Positions 9,103 to 19,391 of a stretch of 64,000 nt of DNA are shown here, piece by piece. Position numbers and translations under genes: made by a program. The DNA is from Alkalispirochaeta sp. Its GTDB lineage: Bacteria; Spirochaetota; Spirochaetia; DSM-27196; Alkalispirochaetaceae. The stretch is taken from the NCBI GenBank assembly GCA_965242725.1, contig CBDESZ010000022.1:77100-141099 (forward strand), given 5' to 3'. Numbering within the stretch: position 1 is the first letter of the stretch; each line of letters begins with the position of its first letter. The notes beneath the pieces are model-generated. The model did no database searches. It was not told where the DNA came from and was given only the letters and a program-made list of their open reading frames with translations.

Positions 9103-10787
9103 CCGGCGCCCCCCGCCGGCGCGGTAAGAACGATTCCCGTCGCAGGGGGGAGGGAAATGGTACCGTTTGAAAAACCGACGTCGGGGTCACTTGTAAAAAT
9201 GGGATGTGCCTCCGCCAATGGAAGGGCAAACTCTCGCCTGCGGCGACCGAAGTTTATCGCAACGAGGCACGTTTCAGCCCCTTCAGCCCCGGCTTCCCGT
9301 ATATATGCGACGACCGTGGACGGTAATTTCCGGGGATCAACAAGACGGAGGGTACCCCGGGAAAGGGCGGGAAAGGTCCTGCGAATTCTCAACAGGGCGC
9401 GATAGTGCTCCAGGAGGGAACGGGAATCCGACTCCTCCCGGGCGACGTTTACCGTCGATCTGTTTTCGTGAAGGGGCAGCCACGGCTCCCCGGTGCTGAA
9501 TCCCCCCTTTTCGCCTCCGTTCCACTGCATGGGAGTTCTGCAACCATCGCGATTGAGATAGAGCCCGAGGAGGTTTTCAAGCCACCGCGGTACCCATGAG
9601 TACTGCCGCGCGACGGGATCGAGGGCACCTGCGAGGGGAAACTCCGCGTTTTCCATGCCGATCTCTTCCCCGTAATAGACGACGGGAATGCCCCGGGCGG
9701 TCAGCTGGAGGAGGGAGACACATTTCGCCCGGCCGATGTCGCCGCCCAGGCGGGTTATCCACCGACGCTGATCGTGGTTGCCCAGTACGAGGGTGGGCAC
9801 CAGCGGCGGGGGGTAGAGCGTTTCAAATGTCTTGAGAACTGAACGAAAGAAGCGCGCTGAAAAGGTGAATCGCAGCAGCTGGAAGAGAAATATTGCGTGG
9901 AGTCCCGGTCGTTGACCGTCGCCGAGGTAGTTCCGTATCACGTTGTGCCGTCCGAAAACTTCGCCGATCAGGAGCCGTTCTGCGTCCCACCTGTCGGTGA
10001 ACTCCCTCAGCTCCCGGGCAAACTCGAAATTTTCAGGCAGGTTCATCGTGTATTTCTTGATCTGGTTGGCTCCATCGTTGGAATCGACGGGCTGGCCGAT
10101 ACGGAACGAAAAGGGGTTGTTCCGGAACCGGTCATCCTTGAAGATTGCGTGAAATATGTCCAGGCGGAATCCGTCGACCCCCCTGTCGAGCCAGAATGCG
10201 ACATTATCGAACATCGCCTTTTTCACCGGCGGATGACGGTAATTGAGGTCCGGCTGAAAGGGAAGAAAGTTGGCGTAATACCATTGGCCCCGACGGGGCT
10301 CAAAGTGCCAGCCGTTCTTGCCGGTAATCGACTTCCAGTTGTTGGGCGGGCGGCGACCGCCCCTTTTCCCCTCCCGCCATATATACCAGTCGCTGTAATA
10401 GCCGTTCCGTTCCCGCCGGGAACGCTGAAACCATGGGTGTTCCAGCGAGGTGTGACAGAAGACCATGTCAAAGACGATACGCATATCAAGGTCGTGGACG
10501 GCATCGATAAGTCTCCGGGCGTCGTCCATCGTACCGTATTCGGGAGCGATCTCCCGGTAGTCCGAAATATCGTATCCATAATCCTGTTGCGGACTCCGGT
10601 AGAAGGGAGATATCCAGATCGTTTCAAATCCGAGATCCTTGATGTAGGTAAGGCGGGATATGATTCCGGGTATGTCTCCGACGCCGTCGCCGTTGGAATC
10701 CATAAATGAACGGGGATAGACCTGGTACACCGTCGTGGACCGCCACCATCCGTTGTGCTGGTCCGGTATTATCCATCGCTCTTCCAC
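9099..10787 (-). CDS. GH13 alpha-glucosidase / oligo-1,6-glucosidase
   Basis: YQVYPRSF.DSNGDGVGD, GVDGFRLD, IGEV, GNHD, YYGEEIGM, RDGCRTPMQW. Confidence 0.92.
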   Translation of the reverse strand: MEERWIIPDQHNGWWRSTTVYQVYPRSFMDSNGDGVGDIPGIISRLTYIKDLGFETIWISPFYRSPQQDYGYDISDYREIAPEYGTMDDARRLIDAVHDLDMRIVFDMVFCHTSLEHPWFQRSRRERNGYYSDWYIWREGKRGGRRPPNNWKSITGKNGWHFEPRRGQWYYANFLPFQPDLNYRHPPVKKAMFDNVAFWLDRGVDGFRLDIFHAIFKDDRFRNNPFSFRIGQPVDSNDGANQIKKYTMNLPENFEFARELREFTDRWDAERLLIGEVFGRHNVIRNYLGDGQRPGLHAIFLFQLLRFTFSARFFRSVLKTFETLYPPPLVPTLVLGNHDQRRWITRLGGDIGRAKCVSLLQLTARGIPVVYYGEEIGMENAEFPLAGALDPVARQYSWVPRWLENLLGLYLNRDGCRTPMQWNGGEKGGFSTGEPWLPLHENRSTVNVAREESDSRSLLEHYRALLRIRRTFPALSRGTLRLVDPRKLPSTVVAYIREAGAEGAETCLVAINFGRRRREFALPLAEAHPIFTSDPDVGFSNGTISLPPATGIVLTAPAGGAG

Positions 10788-10850
10788 CCCCCCTGCTCAT
10801 TTCAAAAAGATAGTAGCGACACATTCACCGATCGCTGTATACTGAACCGC

Positions 10851-12463
10851 ATGGCGATGCGACGGACCGACCACTACACCGTTCCGGATAAACTCTATTC
10901 CATACCGGAACCAAAGGTCTACCGCGACGCCTATTTCGAACTTCCTTTTTTTACGACGCCTGTTCATCCTCTTGCGATCATGGTTCAGCAAGTCCGACAT
11001 CTCCCGGATGATCAAGGAACAGGAGCTGGAAACGATCAAGCACCGTATCGCCGACGATGAATCTGCGATTCTGGATCCGACGATTCCCGCTCTCCGCGAC
11101 GGCTTTCACAGCAGGATCCGCACGGTGGGACAGCTCATTCAGAAGCTGAAGCCGGTGCTCATGGAGGTACGGGGTTCGGGGGCGGGGCCCTTTCTCCGGG
11201 GGATGCTGGAGAAACTTGACAGTGAACTCTACAAGACGCTTCAGGCGGCGTGTGTCATTCCCGAGGAAATCCTGACAAAAGCGACAACCACCGTGGCGGG
11301 CGCCAAGAAGCGGGTACAGCATGACCTGTTGCAGGCCCTTGAAATCAACGAGAAGACGATTAAAGAGTACCTCACGCCGATCTGGAACAGCATCGAAGCG
11401 CTGGCACTCCTTTCCACCGTGGACTTTGCCGCCCTCGTTCCCGGTGAAGGCGGAAAAGGGCTGCAGGTACCCATGCGTCCCGTCAAGGACCAGCTCATTC
11501 AGCTCGCCTGTGCGATGGACGTATGCTCCCGGAATAACCGTCCCGGAGCCATCAAGGGTGCGACGGAGTACGTCTCTCTCCGTACGGGGAAAACGGAATA
11601 CCGCGGGAGAGACGATCTGGCAGGCAATTGACGATGTACTGAAGGCCATTCCCCTTGCGGACCTCGCGCGACTCGCCGCAGATGAGCCACGAATGGAACT
11701 GGTACAGATTACCACTCCCAACAACTGGTGGCAGCGTTTTTCAGCGACGTGGCTGGAGCGGATCGATGTTCAGGGGCCGCTGATGCGCCACCGGTCAATG
11801 GTCCTGGAAGAGATACTCCGCAGCGGGTTTGAGGTGGGGGAACCCGTTCCGGCGTGGATACCACCCTCCCTGTACCAGCGCTCAGCCGGCGCCTTCCGTC
11901 GCCTTGCCACGGCACAGCGCTTCCGTGACACCCGGACAATGGTGGGAGCCCTCGCACGGGAACACTCGGCAATGCCCGCCGCCGATCGCGCCAAGATCCT
12001 GGAAGCCCATGTGGAACTTGACCGCGTCTATACCCGACTGGAAGAGCTTATTGGAATCGGCGAGTCCCGGGGCATGCTGGGAGACGATTTACGCCGCCTG
12101 CGGCAGGCCGATGAGGCGCGCGCCTCGGTGGCAGGCATGCAGAAGATGAATATCTATACAAAACACCGTCCGACGATGCGCACCCTTATCGACCAGGGAA
12201 TTGAGGCGATGAACACAATTGCGGGACACTACAGCCGCAACAAGACGTTGCTGAAAAAGATGCTCCGTAGCGGGGTGCTGCGTATCGATCTCGGTTCCGA
12301 CGAAGTGACGCCGACGGAAATTCTTGAACTGGTCACCGACGGATATATCAAACTTGCCCAGGCACTTCGGAGCCTCGTCGCCCTGGAACATGAATTGACG
12401 AAGGGTCTTCAGTCCGCCGCCGAGGAGGAGGAAGAGACCACCGCCGTTGACGAAGCGGGGTAG
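10851..12463 (+). CDS. Helical hypothetical protein (DUF5312-like), interrupted by two +1 frameshifts
   Basis: Three consecutive overlapping ORFs, each shifted +1. Removing one T from T7 (10946-10952) and one base from G4A4 (11586-11593) gives one continuous ORF. The family call is tentative. Confidence 0.55.
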
Positions 12464-12474
12464 ACGGACGCCTG

Positions 12475-14530
12475 TTACGCGACGGATTCACCGGTGCCGC
12501 GGCGTTTTCCAACCGTCATGAGCAGAATCGAAAGATCGGAATTACGAACCCCGGAAATGCGCGACGCCTGCGCGACCGAAAGAGGTCGAATGTGCTTGAA
12601 CTTTTCCCGCGCCTCGTTGGAAATGCCCTTGAGGGTATCCCAGTCAAAATCGGCGGGGATTTTCATCTGTTCCATGCGGCGGAACCGTTTTACCATCTTC
12701 TCTTCCCGGGCGACGTAACCCTCGTACTTGATGTCCAACTCCACCTGCCGGAGCCACTCGACCGGACGGGGCTCACCGCTGCGGGGATCGTTCACGAGGG
12801 AGGTGTCCAGCTGAGCGAGATCCGCGAGTGAGACCTCCGGGCTCTTGAGGATGTGGGCAAAGCTCTTCCCCACGAATTTTGCGAGGCCGTTACCGCCACC
12901 ACTCTCTCCGTCGGTCCCGGAGGCCGCCCCGCTTCCCGCTTTTTCAAGGGCGGGTGAAGCGTCCCGTCGCGATGAGAGTGCCGACGGCGACGCAAGTTCT
13001 TTTTCAGAAAGATTGCGGGTCCGCAGAAGCTCCCGTATCTCTTCGATGGCGGCGCGTTTTTCCTGAAACCGTTCCCACTCCGCGGGGGTATGCATACCGA
13101 CATTCCAGGCGCGCTCGTAGAGGCGCATGTCCGAGCTGTCATGGCGGAGATTCATGCGGTGCTCCGCCCGGGAGGTGAACATGCGGTAGGGCTCTTTGGT
13201 GCCGAGAGTGACGAGATCGTCGATGAGGACACCGATGTACGCTTCCGAGCGGCTCAGGACGAAGGGTTCCTTGCCCTGCATGCGCATTGCAGCGTTGATC
13301 CCGGCGATGAGTCCCTGTCCCGCCGCCTCCTCGTATCCCGAGGTGCCGTTGGTCTGTCCGGCGATGTAGAGGCCCCTTACCATTTTGGCTTCCAGGCTGG
13401 GATAGAGCCGGGTGGGATCGATGTGGTCGTATTCCACGGCGTATCCGGGACGGACGATTTCCGCCCCTTCCAGGCCGGGTATGGAGTGTATGAACTGCTC
13501 CTGCACCTCTTCCGGCAGGGAGGAGGAGATGCCGTTGAGATACATTTCTCCCGTTGAAAGTCCTTCAGGCTCTATGAATATCTGATGTCGCGTCCGATCG
13601 GGGAATTTGACCACCTTGTCCTCTATGGAGGGGCAGTACCGCGGTCCCGACCCGACGATGAGCCCCGAGTAGAGGGGTGAGCGGGCTGATGTTTGCCTGT
13701 ATGACGGCGTGGGTCTCTTCTGTGGTGTAGGCGATGTAGCACTGCACCTGCTTCCGATCCACACGCCGGTTGCCGTACGAAAAGGGGACGATCTCGTCGT
13801 CGCCGAACTGGGGTTCCACCTTGTCAAAGTCTATGGAGCGCCGCATGACCCGCGCGGGGGTGCCCGTCTTCATCCGGCCCATGGGGAATCCAAGTTCCCG
13901 AAGGGGCCTTTCAAGTCCCCGGGCGGCGGGCTCGGCGATGCGACCGTTTTCCGCGTTGTACTCACCGATGAATATCCGTCCGTTGAGGAATGTACCGGTG
14001 GTTATGACGACGGTGCGGGCGGTGAAGCGTTTGCCCCGCTCGGTGATGACTCCCGCCACGGAGCGCGCCGTCGCCGGTGATGTGGTAAGAGACGACGGGG
14101 CGGGAGATGCCGCCGTTGCGCCCGCCGGTCCGACAGGCACATCCGACCGGCTGTAGAGCAGTCCCGTCACGGTATCCTGGAAGAGGCTCAGATTTGACTG
14201 TTCCTCGAGAACCTGCTTTGCCTTGACCTGGTACGCAAGTTTGTCCGCCTGGGCGCGGGGCGCCTGCACGGCGGGACCGCGGCTGCGGTTGAGAACGCGA
14301 AACTGGATCATCGTCTCGTCGGTAATCCGTCCCATTTGCCCGCCCAGGGCGTCGATTTCACGGACCATATTGCCTTTGGCGAGACCGCCGATGGCGGGAT
14401 TGCAGCTGAGTTTGCCGATTGTATCAAGATTCTGGGTAATCAGGAGGACGCGAAAGTCCAGACGGGCTATTGCGCTGGCAGCCTCTATTCCGGCGTGGCC
14501 TCCTCCAACTACGATGGCATCGAAATCCAT
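12475..14530 (-). CDS. mnmG: tRNA uridine 5-carboxymethylaminomethyl modification enzyme MnmG, one apparent frameshift
   Basis: [56 protein letters not shown]. Removing one base at 13683-13685 restores ANISRSPLYSG. Confidence 0.95.
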
Positions 14531-14565
14531 GTATGATAGAGTATCAAAATGCTGAGGATTGTTCT

Positions 14566-15781
14566 ATGAATGAAGAGCTGTTGGGCCCGGCCAGACCGCT
14601 CACGCGATGGGTGGAAGGTATCATCCTTGTGGATGATGAAGACGATGTCCTCAGGTCCCTTGCGCGGGACATCAGGAGCTGGACCCGGAGCCGGAATCTT
14701 ACGGTCTACCCGGTGCATTCCGGTGAGGAATGCCTGGACCTCGTCCGCGAAAAGTATCCCTCCATCGGTCTGGTCGTATCGGACCTGCGTATGCCCGGTA
14801 TGAGCGGCGCCGACCTTTTTATAGCCCTCAACGATGCGTATCCCGATATCGGATGCGTCATGGTCACCGCCTACGCCGACATGGATCAAATCACCCGCGC
14901 CCTCTCGTCATCGATGATGGGCCTTATCCAAAAACCGTGGACGCCGGATGAGTTGCAGGCGGATCTTGACCGCGCCCTGGAACAGGTTGAATACCGACGC
15001 AGTGCGGAAGAACGGAACAGGGAGCTGAATCAGCAGCTCGAGCTGGCCGGTGCCTTTCAAAAAGCGGCAATGGCGGTCACCATTCCTCCCGACGAACGTG
15101 TGGAATATCAGGGCTTTTCCCGCCCCGCCAAGGAAATGCACGTAACCGGAGACTTCAATGATTTTCTCAGACTTGACAGGGACCGGTACCTCCTTCTGGT
15201 GGGAGACGTCTCCGGTCACGGCATGCGGGCGGCGTTGCTGTCGGCGATGCTCAAGATCGTGGTCCGCTCATACGTTGACCGGGGACAGAGCCTCGGTCGC
15301 GGGGCCGGCGGAACTCCTCCGCCAGGTCAACATCGCAATATCCTCCTATTTACCCCGTACTTCAGGTATGATCGCCTCCTGCGCGGCGGTAATTGTCGAT
15401 CTTCAGTCACAGACGCTGCTCATTGCCAACGCTGGCCATCCTCCCGTTTTTGTGGTGCGTAACGGAACCTTCGCATACAGTTCCATACTCGATCCCGCGA
15501 TGGGCATTTCCATGGACACTGCGTACCGGGAAGAGGAGTTGCCCCTGCAGCACGGTGACAGAATCGTCCTCTTTTCCGACGGCCTCTACTCCAATGCGAC
15601 AAAGGACGAGGAGTATTTTTCCACCACACGGACCGGTACGATTTTCCAGGGAGCCCACGGGGGAACGCACTTTTCCGACGATGTGATACGTCTCGTCATG
15701 GCTGATCGCATTATGCACGGTCGTCCAACCGTACCGTTGTTTGCCGATGATGTTACAATAGTCTCACTCATGGTGTATTGA
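14566..15781 (+). CDS. Response regulator receiver + PP2C/SpoIIE phosphatase, one apparent frameshift
   Basis: LVDDE, SDLRMPGMSG; GDF.D, GDVSGHG, NAGHPP, FSDGL, DDVT. +1 shift near G4 at 15281-15284. Confidence 0.85.
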
Positions 15782-15785
15782 AGCG

Positions 15786-17608
15786 ATGGAATATCAGCTT
15801 TTTGTCATACTCGCACCGGTTGCGGCGATCGTACTCCTGATCACGGCGGCACGAATCTTTCCTTTTCGCGGCGTTCTCATGTCACGGACGATTCTCGCCT
15901 ATCTCATCGCCGTCTCGGCGCTCCTGGCCGCCAACACGCTGGAACTGGTCGTGGACACACCCGGAGTGGACGCTGTTTTTCGCCCGGCTGGTCCATCCGG
16001 CGTGGCACGCCGTGGCGATTACGTGGTTCCTCTTCGCCGCGTTCTACTCCGGTCGGAACACATGGGCGCGGGCGTCCCGTATCGCGGGACTTGCATTCTA
16101 TCCGGTCCTTTTCAGCGCGGCCATTCATATTGAATCGGTATCACACCTGTTCTGGACGTCCCTGCAGTTTTTTAAAGTTGACGGGTATCTCACCATGTCC
16201 GGTCGTTACGGCTGGCTCTTCTGGATAAACGGAGTATATGCATACAGTCTGATTCTCATCGGGGTAATAACAATCGTACGAAACGCCCTTGATCGTCCCG
16301 ACTGGTATAAGCGGCAGACCCTTGTCCTCGTCGCAGGCGCCGTACTGCCCGTTCTGGCCAACCTTATATATATCTTCCGCCTCTTTCCGTGGCCGCAAAA
16401 GGACTACACCTCCATTGCCTTTGCCCCTCTCGGGCCTCGCCTTTTACCTGGGCGTTCAGAACGTAAGCCTTCGCGGAAAAAGACCGTTGACGAGAAGCAC
16501 CGTACTGCAGGACGTACACAGCGCCGTGCTCGTCCTTGACAATGAGGGTACGATCCTGGACGCAAATCCCGCCGCGATGGAAATGCTGAACCTTACCGTT
16601 CAAGGCGGTCTGTATCACCACAGTTCTCTTTCCCGCGGCGTGGTGAGTGACCTTTCGCTGTCGTCCCATCACAACACGGTAAAGTCCCATGACTGGGACA
16701 ATGGGGAGCAGCGGACCTTTGACATCACCGTAAGACCCGTCGCGGAAACGACGGGCGTTCACTCTGCGGCGGTGGTGACGATTCATGAAACGACGGAATG
16801 GCTCCGACTCAAACAGGCCAATCAGGACATTCACCTGCGTTATGATCGAGCAGGAACGGCTGGCGACGATCGGCATGCTCTCCGCAAGCATCGCCCATGA
16901 GATCAAGAATCCCCTGACGGTGCTCAGGAGCACCTACGGCTCGGTGTACGACATTGCCCGGCGGTTGCTCGCGGAACAGACGGACCTATCGGAGAGCCCC
17001 CTCCATGAGGAGCTGCAGGAAAGCGATGAAGCCTTTCGTCGCGGATTTGAACGGATCGGGTCGGTGCTGCAGACAATGACGGGCCACGCGAGACCATTTG
17101 AAAATGAATCCCTTGTGAACGTTGATCTGCACCAGATTATCACCGACACCCTCCAGCTGACGCGCTCGGTCTATCGCGGCGTTGCAACGGTGGAACAGCG
17201 ATTTGGCACCATCCCCACCGTATTCTGCATGCCCGGTGCGATAAGCCAGGTATTTCTCAATATTCTTCTCAATGCGGTTCAGGCCATTGAATCAAAGGGA
17301 CATGACGGTGACTTTTCCAGGTACGGTAAGATCGTCATAGAAACCGCCGTCGGTGGATCCGCCGACGAAAAGAAGATGGTCCAGTGCAGGATCCTGAACA
17401 ACGGTCCCGAAATTCCGTCGGAGGTGGCCGCGAAGATCTTTGAACCGTTCTTTACGACCAAATCCGCCGATGTCGGATCAGGTCTCGGCCTCTCGATTTC
17501 CCGGCGGATCATCGTGGACCGCCATAACGGCCGGTTGGAAGTGATTCAACGGGACGGTATATGACCGGTTTCCTCATCGGTCTGCCCATTGTGGAGCCGG
17601 AACCGTGA
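15786..17608 (+). CDS. Sensor histidine kinase (7TM N-terminus, PAS, HisKA, HATPase), broken by about four frameshifts
   Basis: TM helices, VLVLDNEG.ILDANPAA (PAS), IAHEIKNPL, QVFLNILLNAVQA, FEPFFTTK, GSGLGL. The terminal TGFLIGLP lies in another frame whose TGA overlaps the thpR GTG. Confidence 0.8.
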
Positions 17609-18231
17609 GGGACAGTACATCCCGTAAATTATTTGTTGCCTATACCCTTCCTGCGGCACTGCGAGGACGCGTTGCCGATCGTCAGGAAATCCTCCGGGCA
17701 TCCCTCGGCACCAAAGACATTTTGAGGATGGTGGCACCGGAGAAACTGCATCTCACGCTCCTTTTTCTCGGCGAAGTGCCCGGGGAGAAGGTGCATCCCC
17801 TTGCGGCAGCGATGGAAGAGGCCATTCCGGAGGGAACCGAAAAACCCCGTCTGGTCCTGACCGGAATCGGCGCGTTTCCGTCACCCCGCCGCCCGAGGGT
17901 GGTGTGGGTCGGGGCCCTAGATCCGACGGGGTATACCGAAGCCCTGGCCGGCAATCTCCGGTTCCGCCTCTCTTCCGTCGTCCCTGATCTCCTTCCTTCC
18001 GATGGAGACCATACCTTTGTACCCCATATCACGATCGGGTATCCCCGGCGCGGACTCTCGGGAGAAGAGCGAACGACGCTGAGTAACGTCCTCCGGAACC
18101 CTTCACTCGTGACGCCGGAGGAGGCGGGAGAGGAGCAACCCGCCTTTGATGTGGGCGAAGCAGCCCTGGTGGAGAGCGTCCCCACCAATCGGGGTACACG
18201 GTACGACGTCCAATACGCCGTCAAAATATGA
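17605..18231 (+). CDS. thpR: RNA 2',3'-cyclic phosphodiesterase (2H phosphoesterase)
   Basis: Two HxT motifs (HLTLLFLG, PHITIG); GAFP..RRPRVVWVG. Confidence 0.9.
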   Translation: MRDSTSRKLFVAYTLPAALRGRVADRQEILRASLGTKDILRMVAPEKLHLTLLFLGEVPGEKVHPLAAAMEEAIPEGTEKPRLVLTGIGAFPSPRRPRVVWVGALDPTGYTEALAGNLRFRLSSVVPDLLPSDGDHTFVPHITIGYPRRGLSGEERTTLSNVLRNPSLVTPEEAGEEQPAFDVGEAALVESVPTNRGTRYDVQYAVKI

Positions 18232-19391
18232 GACTTTTTCGACCCGATCTTGTTGCGACATTTGTCGACAGACCAAACAGATTTCTCATAACCGCACGGT
18301 CACCTGACGGCCGGCTCCTGCACGCCCACTCCCCCAACCCCGGCAGAATGTGGGAGCTTCTTTATCCGGGCACTCCTCTCATCCTTCAGCACGCCCCCAC
18401 CGGAAACACGTCACCTTCCAAACGCAAGACCGCATGGTCCGTCGTCGCCGCTATCCGTCCTTCCGACGGCACGGTGGTTCCCCTCGTATCGACGGCGGCC
18501 AACGATATCGCGGCGGAGCTTATCATCCCCGATCTCTTTCCCCGCGCCACTGCAACACGACGGGAAGTGACGCTTGGTGAGAGTCGTTTCGACTTTGTCG
18601 TCGGCACGGGAGATATCGAAACGGTCATCGAGGTGAAGAGCTGCACCCTGGAAGCGTACGGCGTCGCCATGTTTCCCGACGCCGCAACCTCCAGGGGGTT
18701 GAAACACCTCACGGCATTGAAAGAGATGCGCCATAGGGAGCGAATGGTTCTCTTTGTGATTCAGGGTCCCCGGGCCGAACGATTTGTTCCCGATATTCAT
18801 ACCGACCCCGCATTTTCGATGGAACTCAGGGAGGCACATCATGCGGGCGTGCACGTCCATGTCGTCGCGACGGGTACCGACGGGGACGGGACGACCCGGG
18901 TGGTGTCCGACAACGTCCCCGTTGACTGGGAACCGCTGACTGCGGTGGATGAGGACAGCGGTGTGTACATCGTCCATATGGAATTGCCCCGGCACCGTGA
19001 GGCTGCAATTGGTGCCCTGGGGACCTTTTCACTCAGGCCGGGTCACTACCTCTACGTGGGATCGGCAATGAAGTCGATGCGGAGCCGAACCGCCCGCCAC
19101 CTGCGCGCCCGGAAGCGAAAACGCTGGCATATTGACTATCTTCGGGCCGTCGCCGGGAGCGCTGCGGTTTACCCGATCTATACGACACGGTCTCTTGAAT
19201 GCTCCCTGGCCCGGAGCTGCGCGGCGTTTTGTACGCAACCGGTGGCGGGATTCGGTTCAAGTGACTGCACCTGCGGGAGCCATCTTTTTTATCTGGAGGA
19301 CGATCCCCGGCGGAATCCGGCGTTTGTGGAGATGATGCTGCGGTACCGCCACTCCGAAGCCCTCGTCACTTCCCGACACAGAATCCACTGA
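18228..19391 (+). CDS. sfsA: SfsA nuclease fused to a DUF123/Uri (GIY-YIG) endonuclease
   Basis: F.DRPNRF, PNPGRM, IEVKSCTL, FPDA.TSRG.KHL; then GVYIV, YLYVGSA, WHIDYL, GFGSSDC.C.SHL. Confidence 0.85.
   Translation: MRLFRPDLVATFVDRPNRFLITARSPDGRLLHAHSPNPGRMWELLYPGTPLILQHAPTGNTSPSKRKTAWSVVAAIRPSDGTVVPLVSTAANDIAAELIIPDLFPRATATRREVTLGESRFDFVVGTGDIETVIEVKSCTLEAYGVAMFPDAATSRGLKHLTALKEMRHRERMVLFVIQGPRAERFVPDIHTDPAFSMELREAHHAGVHVHVVATGTDGDGTTRVVSDNVPVDWEPLTAVDEDSGVYIVHMELPRHREAAIGALGTFSLRPGHYLYVGSAMKSMRSRTARHLRARKRKRWHIDYLRAVAGSAAVYPIYTTRSLECSLARSCAAFCTQPVAGFGSSDCTCGSHLFYLEDDPRRNPAFVEMMLRYRHSEALVTSRHRIH

Noticed and set aside
13683..13685. Programmed frameshift or true pseudogene in mnmG
   Set aside because: There is no slippery heptamer. 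It is one of many same-direction indels in a short interval, so error is more parsimonious.
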